Assembly: GCF_001194135.2 (NCBI RefSeq)
Contig: NC_068985.1
Location: 46,257,141 to 46,304,974 of the forward strand
DNA from: Octopus bimaculoides
Lineage: Eukaryota
Direction: 5' to 3'
DNA length: 47,834 bases
A program made the translations under genes and the position numbers. Positions 12,330-24,900 of the stretch are shown here, piece after piece. The notes under the pieces are model-generated. The model had not been told where the DNA came from. It ran no database searches and saw only the letters and a program-made list of their open reading frames with translations. How positions within the stretch are numbered: the stretch's first letter is position 1; each line of letters begins with the position of its first letter.

Positions 12330-13384
12330 ATGTAAACACATATATGTATTTATGTGAGTTGGTTTGTAAGAATATATAAATGGAAAAATGTGTACTTTTG
12401 ATAGTTTGTGCATAAGAGTTAGTGAATGCTCAAAAGTTCTATATTTAAATGTACGTAGTGTTCTTCAGTAAATGAGAGTGTGGGTGGGTGGCTGTACGGG
12501 CAGAGAGGAGGGAGAGCTTTTGTATATTAAAATGTTTGTGTAAGCTACAGGATGAGAAATAATAAAAAAGCCTGAGTCAGTTTCTTGTTTAAAAAAAACA
12601 TGGAATTCCAGACGAGAAGCACTAAGTACCTTGAAGAATTTGTGCCAAACAGTAGCATTCTTTCACTACAAAAGAGCACAATGAAAGCTACTTCACATAT
12701 TTCAACAGGTAAGGGATTCTGTTGCCTTGATTCTGCTGCCAACTGTTATGCAAGCAAAGAATAATAAGCAGCAACTTATGTGTCTAAACAATGCTGATCC
12801 ACAAAATGATACCTGTATTCAATATACCTTATAAAAATAGTTTGTTTCCTCCTCTCTTTCTTTTACTAGTTTCAGTCATTGAACTCTGGCCATGCTGGGT
12901 ATGCCATGTTTGGGGTTTAGTTGATCATACCAACTCCTAGTATGTATTTTAGTCTGATACTTACTTTATCAATCTCAGTTTATTGAAAAGCCAAGCTGAT
13001 AATTTTTGACATAAAAGAAAGCAGCTCAACATGCTGGATTGCACAGCAAACACACTTGCATCCATTTTGGTTCATTTGAAGCATTGAGAAATTTGAAAAT
13101 AGTCTTTGAAAGAACTGCTCAAATGCAAATGAAACTTAAAATGTCATACAAAGTGTTTTTAAACATGACCATGAGTGTGGAATCAATATAAAAACTAAGC
13201 AATTGTCATATAATATATATGGTGAATACTTTTAACAGTGTTTGTATAGTTAATGATAATCACAACATAGACTCTCAAGGGTTAAAACTGAAATCTATGA
13301 AACTTAAAATGTTGTCATTGTGTATATAATGCTAATGTGCACAGATAAGCCAAGAGAAAATAAAAATGTAAATGTAAAAGGTAC

Positions 13385-13625
13385 AAATGTATAAAAGGCA
13401 TCATATATGAACTGCTAGAGAGAAGACTGAGTTGGTACAGGTGTATGACTAATGCATATGAAAGATGATGGGGGACAGAAGTGTTGAACAGTCCAAATGA
13501 AAGGAATCTGTGAAAGGAGGCTGAGGAAGACAGATGAAGTGGTAGTGAAGGTTTAATCTCACTATGATGAATTTCACAAAGGATCTGCAATAAATGAGAA
13601 AATACTATGTTAGAAAAGACCTGTC
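13385..13625 (+). mobile_element. Old RTE-clade LINE remnant (C-terminus of the RT ORF)
   Basis: Frameshifted translation gives IKGIIYELLERRLSWY / MKDDGGQKC*TVQMKGICERRLRKTDEVVVK / ...LEKT. This resembles the RTE C-terminal ERRLRWYGHV...GRPRKTWxEVV motif. Confidence 0.6.
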
Positions 13626-13663
13626 CAAACAATCAAAGATGGCAATACAAGTGTAAAATGTGG

Positions 13664-14001
13664 ATCATCATCATCATCATCATCATCATCGTTTAACGTC
13701 CGCTTTCCATGCTAGCATGGGTTGGGCGATTTGACTGAGGACTGGTGAAACCAGATGGCAACACCGGGCTCCAATCTGATTTGGCAGAGTTTCTACAGCT
13801 AGATGCCCTTCCTAACGCCAACCACTCAGAGAGTGTAGTGGGTGCTTTTACGTGTCACCCGCACGAAGGCCAGTCAGGCGGTACTGGCAACGGCCATGCT
13901 CAAAATGGTGTATTTTATGTGCCACCCGTACAAGAGCCAGTCCAGGGGCACTGGCAACGATCTTGCTCGAAAATCCTACGAAGGCCAGTCAGGCGGTACT
14001 G
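13664..14001 (-). mobile_element. Young 3' copy of the RTE-related family
   Basis: (CAT)n followed by cgtttaacgtccgctttccatgctagcatgggttgg...gatgcccttcctaacgccaaccactc is nearly identical to 36002-36170 and 47634-47820. Confidence 0.8.
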
Positions 14002-15165
14002 ATGATAATATTTGGTTTCATAACTATTTTGTAATCAGTTTTGCTTAAATTAGATCTAATTTAGCTGAGAAGTGTTTATCAGTTTTTTTCTTCTTCTTAA
14101 TAAAATATAATGTGATAGAAAAAAAATGGAAACCTTCACTGCTGTAAAATAGATTTGTACAATGGTTTATTTATAATTAAATGGCATATTTAGAACTTAG
14201 GTTTCTGCTGCATCATATAGTCATACTCAGTATGGATGTTTTCAGTGACATTTGTATTTTCCTATCAGGATAACATAGAATTAGAGACTATCATATATTT
14301 GCCCTCTTTGGAAGGTTGTTTGCATAGTTACTCACAGGCTCCTATTTACATCTTGATAAACATTGAGATGAATCCTGTGAGTTTGTGTGTGTATATTTTA
14401 CTCAGAGCATTTGTTTTAATTGTGTGTGTGAGAGAGAGAGAGAGAGAGCATATATAGATGTATAGATAAGTAGATTGTGTGAGTGTATGTGTGTATGTGT
14501 AATATATATGCAGACACATGCATTTATATGGAGATACACAATCATACACCTCGTATATACTTGCATAAAGATATAACTTCACGTCTGCATTTATACATCA
14601 TGCATGTACACACCATACATACATTGATATTTAACATTGTCTATGTTTGTTTAGATATGAATGTGTATTAGTGTGTGCCTCTATATGTGTATTCATATGC
14701 ATACGTATAATAATGTATGTCTGTGCTGTGTATAAGTATACTTTATGCTATTCTTGTTCTCTGCTGGTAAACTGATAAAATACTTTGCAACATGCTATTG
14801 ATATTGAAATATATATTTTTCATTGGAGAAATTTTAGCTGCTTTACTGCAACAAGAGAACTAAAACAAAAGTGAAAACAAGATACTGAAGAAAGCCTTCT
14901 AATGCACAAGAAGCCTTTCAAAAACAAAAGCATAATTTCCGCAAGATATATGTGTATAATAGAAGAAAATGATTAAAATGAATTAAGTGTGTAACATAAA
15001 GACATCATTCTGCTAACAAGGTTCCATATTCTTGCCCTTACCAAGAACTCTTGGGAATATAATGGCTGCAGGAACTGATCAGACATTTGTCATTATTATA
15101 TGCAAATATATTCATATATATTCTGGTGTATGTTAGAACATGCTGGGATAAATTTTGATATCATT

Positions 15166-15204
<39 letters not shown>

Positions 15205-17706
15205 CACATGCACACTCATATACACACTCACAGATGCGCATGCATGTTTGTGTGAAATTGATAGTTATGCACAGTATAATAAGATAAATAAGATATATTT
15301 TTATCAGAATGTGGATATATTGATACTTATGGGAAAGAAATAGATTTACACGCCACCTATGGCCCTTCTTACATTTCTCTTTGTTATGTGTGTGTATATA
15401 TTTATATATATATATATATACACACACACACATGTATATGTGTATGTATGTATAAACACACACGCGCATTTTGACATGGCTGTGTGGTTAAGAAGATAGC
15501 TTTGTAGCCATGTGGTTTTAGGTTCAGTTCCATTGCATGCTATGACTTCCATTGTAGCTCTAGGCCAACAAATGACTTCTAAGTGAATTTGGTGAGAAAA
15601 ATCATCTGATGTTAAAATTTGAGTAAATAAGTTATTTTTTATCAAACATAACTAATCTGAAAACTTTTTGATGGCACAGTATGTGTCTATATGTATATAT
15701 AAACATGTATGGCATGTTGGAACTATCAGTTTTTGTCTGATTGCTGAAGCAACATTTGACCTAATTAGTACTTAGACGAGTAACTGAGTGGGATTCTAGG
15801 TACTGTAATTATGTTTAGATAGTACCAGCACCATAATAAAAAGCACTCTATAGTGGTTGGCAGTAGGTAGTGCATCTAGTTGTAAAACCATTCTTGAAAG
15901 GGAACATGTAAGTGAGAGGTTGGACTCTGACCTCTATTTAGGACAAATAAGAACTGATTCAGTTTGTGACAAACTGTCCACCCCATGCCAGCATAGAAAA
16001 GAAGACATAAATCTGTAAATAGATATTCGGCTGCATACCTGGAAGAATCATACATTGAAAAACATTACGAAGTATGCTTTTATATACACATAAAATGCAT
16101 GCATTTATATTCTTATCAGTTTCAATTCAATGCTTTATATGTTTGTGTATGTGTGTGTGTGTGTGTGTGTATTTATAAATACAGTATTAACTGGCTCTCT
16201 TTTACTCTTTTACTTGTTTCAGTCTTTTGACTGTGGCCATGCTNNNNNNNNNNNNNNNNNNNNNNNNNNNNNNNNNNNNNNNNNNNNNNNNNNNNNNNNN
16301 NNNNNNNNNNNNNNNNNNNNNNNNNNNNNNNNNNNNNNNNNNNNNNNNNNNNNNNNNNNNNNNNNNNNNNNNNNNNNNNNNNNNNNNNNNNNNNNNNNNN
16401 NNNNNNNNNNNNNNNNNNNNNNNNNNNNNNNNNNNNNNNNNNNNNNNNNNNNNNNNNNNNNNNNNNNNNNNNNNNNNNNNNNNNNNNNNNNNNNNNNNNN
16501 NNNNNNNNNNNNNNNNNNNNNNNNNNNNNNNNNNNNNNNNNNNNNNNNNNNNNNNNNNNNNNNNNNNNNNNNNNNNNNNNNNNNNNNNNNNNNNNNNNNN
16601 NNNNNNNNNNNNNNNNNNNNNNNNNNNNNNNNNNNNNNNNNNNNNNNNNNNNNNNNNNNNNNNNNNNNNNNNNNNNNNNNNNNNNNNNNNNNNNNNNNNN
16701 NNNNNNNNNNNNNNNNNNNNNNNNNNNNNNNNNNATATGTGTGTGTGTGTGACTAATACATGCACAATTTAAATGCTTTCTAATTAACTTATCATAAATT
16801 GTGCCTGTGAATAAATTAAGAAAAAAAACACTACTCTTTATATTTTTAATGTGTTAGTGAATGCATAAATATTTTGCATATCTATATTTTGTCTCCATAG
16901 GAAACAAAAATAAAAATGTATATTTTTCCTATCAAAACCTTTAAATGTTTCATAATTAGATATTTCAGTTTTACAAAATGAAATTTATAAGAGAACTAAG
17001 AAAACAGATGCCTTGTTTACAATAAAATAACTGCTTCCGGTTCTTTATAATTTGATGCAAAAGCCATGCATTCTCATGTGTATATGTATGAATACAATTT
17101 ACACATGCACATGGTTCACAAGCAATAATATAAGCATACACAAAAATGTCAGTTTTGCTCAAAATAGAATTTAAAACAGATTTCTAAACGGGGCATCCAT
17201 TTTGTTTTTAATTGTAGTTATTCATTCTTTTCTGTTTTTTTTTTTTTTTTTTTCATTTTACTATTGAAATATTTCTTTTCTTAAACACTTTTTGAAACAT
17301 TTTTATCTTGTGCGATGGATGGTCCTTCAAATTTCAGAATTTTGCAAGAATTTCTGATTCTACCATAGCTAAATGCTTATTGTAGTTCCAACAATAGCAC
17401 TGTAAAGTTGTAGTCTGTTTATGTCCAAGCTTGGTAGTCAGTCAGCAGTGGAGCTGTGGTTTATAGCTTGTGACAGCCCTCACTCATCTTAGCTACACAT
17501 GCAGATGTGAAAGTTAAAGCAAACCAATTCTTCTTCAGTTGAATTACTGTTTATAATTATTTCACTTAACTCCTGTAGTTGTTATTGAGAAATGTTTGAA
17601 CATCACAATTCTCATTTTTCACCACCTTTTCCCTCCACTACATAGAATTTATCAGGAAAGGCAGTATTGATTGGCAATGAGAAGAATAATTTATTTATCT
17701 ATCTAT

Positions 17707-17743
<37 letters not shown>

Positions 17744-17794
17744 TTTGGTTGTGAAGCACAAATTCCATTGCTTCGTGGGTTGACAGAAACATTA

Positions 17795-18110
17795 CAAGTG
17801 GATTTGGTAGTCAAAAACTGAAAGAAACTTGTCTTATGTATGTATATATGTGTATGTATGTGAGTGTCACTGTCTTCCTGTCTTGACATTGTATGATTAT
17901 TGCAAACGAGTGTCACTATTATACAAGCAATGTCCTTCATTTCTAATCTTCTATGAAAATGTGTGATCATGGGAAACTATTACATTACTGGTAAACAGGT
18001 GAGAGTTGGTGACAGGAAGGGTATACAGCTTTAGAAAATCTGTTTGAACAAATTCTGTCCAACCCATGCAAGCATGGAAAAGCGGGTGTTAGAAAATGAA
18101 TATGATGATA
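17795..18110 (+). mobile_element. Chimeric SINE-like element (family A module with an RTE-family tail)
   Basis: gtggatttggtagtcaaaaactgaaagaa (family A module) precedes ggaagggtatacagct...tccaacccatgcaagcatggaaaagc...gatgat (the RTE-related tail). Confidence 0.55.
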
Positions 18111-19879
18111 ATATTGCAGTAAGACTTGTATGAACTTAATCTCAACTGAATGTGTTCAACAAATTGCTATAAGTTACTTGGGGCTACAAAGAAAGTCTAA
18201 AGCAAAGAATTAAAAATCTAATTACAATATGTGTGTGTACTGTTATCTCACAGTCTCTTCCATGACAAACATATATGTCTGTATATAAAATATTCTGTGT
18301 ATGATATTGAATATAATCATTGAGATACTGCTGATAAAGTAAAGAAGTTCGATTTGTTTGTTAGCTCCCAAGTGAGATCCTATTGAACAAAGCTGCGAAT
18401 GAAAAGCATTCAAGCCATTACTACCCTATCTTGTAGTCAGATGCTGTGTATGTAGGACTTCTTTATCCAATGTGTCCGTTCTTCTTTGTAAGATGGTAGG
18501 GTGTGGTTTGAGGACAACCTTTGGCTGCCATATCTAGCACATTGAGCAAGCACACAAACACTCCATCACTGGCTCATATTGGAAGAATTACTTTCTGGTG
18601 GCAGACATACAACATACAGAATACTTTAATCATAAGGGCAAAAGGTACTGGTTAATCTCTGAAACAAAATTTTTATTCTGTCTGGTCATACATAAATACT
18701 TGTTTTGAGTATCTTTCAAATTCTATTAAAATAGTGATAAAATTTTACCTTCATACATCAATGAATGTCCAGAAATTTATCATATATAGGTGAAGGACTA
18801 GAAGCTGTATTTTTTGAAGTTTTAAATATTTAAATCATGGCATTTTTTAATTCTATAAATTCTTTGCAGAATTCTTAACACTTCTGATCTATTATTATCT
18901 ACACTAAGTTGTGAATTCACCGTTTCTAGATATTTATTGACTCTGATACGGAAGTATCGAAATCAGCTGATATTTGATTCTGGAGATTTGGTTTCAATCT
19001 CTAGTGTCTTATCATTTTCTCAATGATTATTTTCGATTATTTTCACTATCTTCACCAGTACATATGTTTTAAAGTAACGTTACACTGTACTTATTCCTAA
19101 TAGTTCATATGCCTATTGCTATCCTAACATATATTCTGGATGCATTTTTCCCCAAAGATATTCCTCTTACAGTATTACACACATTCTAGCAAACTCTTCA
19201 GTGTAAAGATTAGGGAAATGATGCTAGTTAAATTGGAACCAGTAATTGGTAAATTGCCAAGCACTGTCAATGGTTTTATTTCCCTCACCCAATCCTGTGC
19301 TAAATAATTGGTCAGTTGATCAATAAAGTACATGCTAAATTCTTGTTGCCCAAATACTAGCTTTGCAAGTTTTTTTTTTTCTCTCAGATTCTGAGAACTT
19401 TAGGTTAGCTTTCTAACTTTCTGTTTTTGCTTTCTTCCTCTCCTTCTCTTTCTACATCTCTCCTCTTGGTTTCTTCACATCTGTGTGCACTAAGCCAAAT
19501 GCAAATATACATATGTATATATATACAAACACATCCATATGCATTATAGCTCTGAACTTTATCTGCTAATGGAGGTAATTTTTGTTATAAAAAGTAGGTG
19601 AGTCAAACTCATTAATACAAACATGTACACACACACAGACACACGCAGAGCTGACCATGTATCATGTAGATGTGGTATGAAGATTCTGAATTATGTGTCT
19701 GACATATTCTCGTAAAATCATAAGCACACAAATTCACATATGCATGCAGGCCCCTCGCACTTCTGTTTGCTTGCCTCATTGCATTGAATCATAAAAACTC
19801 GTTACTGCCTCAATAATACTTAGAGCATTGTTTGTCATAAATAACTACAGATATACATACACACATATTCATGTCATTT

Positions 19880-19958
<79 letters not shown>

Positions 19959-20059
19959 AAAAATTTTATGTATATATATTTATTTGTGTGTGTATGTATG
20001 TCTGTGTGTGTGTATAGGTATGTATTTATATAAATACATTAGCGGCCATAATATAAGAA

Positions 20060-21845
20060 TAAGTGAATTGAAATAGTTATTATAGAACATTAACAACATG
20101 TTGAGACTAGATATTTTATACATATTCAGATATATCTAATATCTATCTTTTGTGAAAATTTCAAGTGAATGGAATAAATATTTCGTAAGTCATGACAAAT
20201 TAAACAAATAATCTTCCAAACTGCAATGGCCAAAAGTTAAGGGTCACTTAGAAAACAATGAAAAATGGAACAAGACAAAAAAGAAACCCTTGCTATTAAT
20301 ATTTTGTGGACGTCTCTTTACTACCAATGACCTCCTGACATCTGTTGCCACAGGACTGAAGTAATTTCTTGTAAAATGATGGAATAATATTGGTCTATTC
20401 ATTTTTCAATAATTCACAGAGTTCATCTTGGTCCTTTGGGTTTCTCCTTCGCACCCCTTCTCCAATAATCTTCCAAACGTTTTCTATACTGTTGAGATTG
20501 GGACTTTGAGGTGGTCAGTCCATGAGATCAACCCCTTCATCACTCAAAAAATCTTTGACTCTCTTCGCAGCGTGACAGGGAGCATTGTTCTGCATGAGGA
20601 TAAGAGATTGAATTGACGAGTATCGGAGATAATGGAAGGGCATACTGTCTAAGAATCTGCTTGTAAATATCAGCATTGACAATCCCTTGTAGGCGAATAA
20701 GTGGACCAGGACCAGCAGCAGAGATCACTCCCCATACCATCAAACTGCCTCCTCTATATTTCACTGTCTTCTTCACACATACACAAAATAACCTTTCACC
20801 ACTTCTTCGTCGGATGTATATCATCCTGCCATCAGAATCAATCACCTTAAACTTTGATTTATTGAACATGGCATATAATTTAGCCGATACTCAAGAGGGT
20901 GAGTGTCGTGGATTTGAGTGGCCGTCCAACGATCACTGGAGAGTTTACCGAAAATCAGGGTTTTTATAACTACTCATACACGAATCATAGAACCGTAACC
21001 CCGTGAAAGATTTCTTCAACGAAGTTCATAATTCGTATATGGGCAGTAATTTTTAACCAATGAGAAATCAATAATTTCTCATGTTCAGGCAAACGAACTT
21101 ACGTTCTCTCTCCGCCTCTTATGAGTTTGCTACAGATTCATCGCTAAAATGAACCTGTGACCACTGTTCTTCTGTCCAAATGGCATGTTAGTGAGTGAAA
21201 CAAAGACAGGCTCTTTGATTCTTCTTGGAGATCAGAGGTTTCTGTGTCGGTGCCCGAACAAGCAACCCAGAACCTTGTAACCTTTTGGAAACCATTTTGT
21301 GTGATATGTTGACATTGGAACTGGCACTAAACTAGTGGAATGTCTCAGGAGCACTCTTAAACCTATCTATCATTCAGTGACATTCTAACCATAATACGAA
21401 TCTGTCTTGAAGTTTTACGAAGTCCACCGGTTTTGGGTTTAGCATCTGTCAATCCTGATAACTTAAAACAAGCTACAATTCATTGCACAACACTTCTAGA
21501 CCTTCCTACAGTAGTTGCTATCACAGAATTTGACTTGCCCTCTCTCATAAGCTGCCATGTTGACAGTTGAATGTTCCAATAATGTAAGATCATAAGAAGC
21601 AACTGTTAGCCCATTAGCAGTCTTCTAAACAAATGCCTAAGTTAGTAGTTCATTTTTTTTCTAAGTGTCCTTTAACTTGTGGCTGCTGCAATTTAGAAGA
21701 TTGTTTATTTCCTCATAACTTACAAAATAGTTATTCCATTCACTTGAAATTTTCACGATAGATAGACGTTAGATATATCTAAATATGTGTAAAATATCTT
21801 GTCTCAGCATGTTAATCTTCTATAATAACTATTTCAATACACCTG
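20060..21845 (-). mobile_element. Decayed Tc1-family DNA transposon with long (~200 bp) terminal inverted repeats
   Basis: About 20060-20275 is the diverged reverse complement of about 21640-21845 (for example gaaatagttattatagaa vs ttctataataactatttc, and gtgaaaatttcaagtgaatggaataa). The right end reads atttcaatacacctg. A broken transposase lies between the TIRs. Confidence 0.9.
20296..21614 (-). pseudogene. Tc1 (DD34E-type) transposase pseudogene
   Basis: Minus-strand fragments read EGKSNSVIATTVGRSRSVVQ*IV; KPLISKKNQRA...WTEEQWSQVHFSDES; KFKVIDSDGR...KKTVKYRGGSLMVWGVISAAGPGPLIRLQGIVNADIYKQIL; D*PPQSPNLNSIENVWKII; RCQEVIGSKETSTKY*. It has stops, frameshifts and an internal 279-bp insertion. 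Confidence 0.9.
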
Positions 21846-21931
21846 TTCTTACTGACCTTTATATTATGACTGCTACTGTATATGTGTATATGTATGTATG
21901 TGTGTAGGTTTGTGTGTGCGCGCGTGTGTAT

Positions 21932-21979
<48 letters not shown>

Positions 21980-24900
21980 TAGTCTTAGAGCGCACAATGT
22001 TCCTGAAGGTCAGCAATGGTCTTCCTTGGTCACGAGTGGATGGCCATAATATATATATATATATAAGCTTATTTTTCATAGTCATACATGTGTATTCATA
22101 CAACTAGTATAAACTTGCACTCTTATATGCATTCTTTATTATATATGCAAACACACAAGCACTTTCTATCACTCTCCCTCACACACAGACATGCACACAC
22201 GCACACACAGAGCACCTAATGTTCATTCATTTGAAGCCTTGTATTTGTTCTGTTAGTCAGATCTTGTCATGAGTGATACTTTTTGTCACCTTAAGCAATG
22301 GACATAGCAAGAATCTAACTATGAGCAGCAATGGGATGAATTATCAGCGTTGAATGAATTAAGAGTCTTGAATACATTATTGAATACCTTTTCTCCTGTG
22401 TATTTATCTTAATGTGTATGTTATTCAGAAATCAAAAATATAACAATTTTAGCCATAGGCACTCTGGACTTTACTGAAGTAGTCTGTAGACATCATTGCT
22501 AGATGGAGAAATGGATGATAATATTACTTTGGCTGGGAATTGTGCAGCTGTTAGGGATGTTCATAATGAAGCTAAAACAATAGCTTCATTTAGTTCAAGC
22601 AAAAATATAACATTGAGGTTGCTAATTATTAGATTTTATTACATTTTTTTTTTCTTTGAGAAAATGTGATGAAATTCTCTATGTAAAACTTAAAATAGAA
22701 AATGTCAATAGGTTTTATATATATATTGTTGTTATTAAAATGTGTCAAAGATGGAAAAGACAGACAAATTAAATTGGCAGTATCTTTCTTAAAATAAAAT
22801 AACCATTTTCAACATGGAAAATGACATAATTATGATATTTATCAATCAAATAATAATAATAATAGTAATAAATGTGTTGAACTAATAATGGCTGTGTGGA
22901 TACAGGATTTGTTTTGTAATCACATGGTGATTTCCACTACATTGTATGTAAGGCACTTGTCTATTGTGTACTACTTACAATAAATGTGTGGAATTGGTAG
23001 ATGGATACTTGAGTAGAAGCCTGGTGTGTGTGTGTGTGCGTGTGTGTGAGTGTTTTAATATTTTGCTTAGGCATAGCGAGACTAATATGCCCTGATTTAG
23101 AACTCAATATACATATGCTTCAGAACACAATGTTAGATGAGTATAGAGTAGTAATAAGAACAAATACATGACAATGGAAAAGAATGTTAAAGGTTTTTTT
23201 TTTTTTAATACATGGCTCATTGAAGCTGGTGAGCTGGAGAAAATGGTGGAGAAAATGTTTAGTGGCATTTTTCCTGATTTTACGTTGCGAGTTCAAATTC
23301 TGCTGAGGTTGACTTTACCTTTCACCCTTTCATGGTTGATAAAATAAGTAGTAGTTGAGCACTGGAGTCAATGTAATTGNNNNNNNNNNNNNNNNNNNNN
23401 NNNNNNNNNNNNNNNNNNNNNNNNNNNNNNNNNNNNNNNNNNNNNNNNNNNNNNNNNNNNNNNNNNNNNNNNNNNNNNNNNNNNNNNNNNNNNNNNNNNN
23501 NNNNNNNNNNNNNNNNNNNNNNNNNNNNNNNNNNNNNNNNNNNNNNNNNNNNNNNNNNNNNNNNNNNNNNNNNNNNNNNNNNNNNNNNNNNNNNNNNNNN
23601 NNNNNNNNNNNNNNNNNNNNNNNNNNNNNNNNNNNNNNNNNNNNNNNNNNNNNNNNNNNNNNNNNNNNNNNNNNNNNNNNNNNNNNNNNNNNNNNNNNNN
23701 NNNNNNNNNNNNNNNNNNNNNNNNNNNNNNNNNNNNNNNNNNNNNNNNNNNNNNNNNNNNNNNNNNNNNNNNNNNNNNNNNNNNNNNNNNNNNNNNNNNN
23801 NNNNNNNNNNNNNNNNNNNNNNNNNNNNNNNNNNNNNNNNNNNNNNNNNNNNNNNNNNNNNNNNNNNNNNNNNNNNNNNNNNNNNNNNNNNNNNNNNNNN
23901 NNNNNNNNNNNNNNNNNNNNNNNNNNNNNNNNNNNNNNNNNNNNNNNNNNNNNNNNNNNNNNNNNNNNNNNNNNNNNNNNNNNNNNNNNNNNNNNNNNNN
24001 NNNNNNNNNNNNNNNNNNNNNNNNNNNNNNNNNNNTATATATATATATATATATATATGGTCTTGAGAGCTTATATATGTATATATATATCTTGAGAACT
24101 TACATTATAGTTGGTCTGCTGCCCTGTTGTGATTGTTATTAGCCATGTGGGTCATCTTCGGCCAGTTGAACTAGGTATGCCTAGGCAATGAAGAAGACTA
24201 TAGTTTTATTGTAGCATTTCTAGGAGAAATGAGTTCCTCTTGGGGTTTTGTTAATGATATCTTTCAAAAATATATAAAACATTTGTAACTGAAAATATAT
24301 ATATTCACACCACATTGTGTAACAGAAAGAATGATTATGCATAAAATGTCTCATTTAAAAGAACTACTGAATCTTCTTTCTCTCTTTCATTCTTTCTCTG
24401 TGTGTGTGTGTGTATGTGTGTGTACACATACACACACTTAACTGTTTTAAATATTTAGGTAACTTACCTTTCAGAGACTATTGATAAAATATAGATACCA
24501 ATTCATATTCCAATTATGATTGGTTGGCCTTAGTTATGACATCATCATCATTATCATATTTAACATCCGTCTTCCATGTTGGTTTGGGTTAGTATATAAA
24601 AATGCTTGTTCCAAGAAAGTGAGATTGTAGCTTGATGACAACATTCCTAGAGAGGTCAATAAATATACTGATCTGTTCAGCAAGATAAAGAGTTCAAATG
24701 CTGTCAAGTTCCAACTTTTCACTTCACTAGAATTATTGAAAGAAGTAGCAATAATGTATAAGCGTTCACAGCTACATCAGATATTGCTTGTTGAAGTCAT
24801 GGCTCACTTCCAAGCAATCAATCAAACTACCTCTGATTTTACCTCACCAAAGCTGACACAAGCTCCTTGACAACAACCAATACAAAATGATATTGCTATT

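Larger units (their letters stand above)
10392..13138. repeat. Local inverted duplication: arms about 10392-11529 (including a 389-bp insertion) and 12388-13138, spacer about 860 bp
   Basis: Manual reverse-complement alignment. About 11077-11375 vs 12541-12840 differ by roughly one substitution and one 1-bp indel, while both flanks are visibly more diverged. Confidence 0.95.

Noticed and set aside
11175-12742. Twin ORFs MAAESRQQNPLP... (11175-11396 + and 12545-12742 -) as duplicated genes
   Set aside because: Both start at TTG, have no recognisable domain, and their C-termini are shifted by a homopolymer indel. They simply reflect the inverted duplication.
24631-24870. 79-codon stop-free stretch LDDNIPREVNKYTDLFSK...
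   Set aside because: No early start codon, no convincing splice sites, no recognisable motif, and a length compatible with chance.
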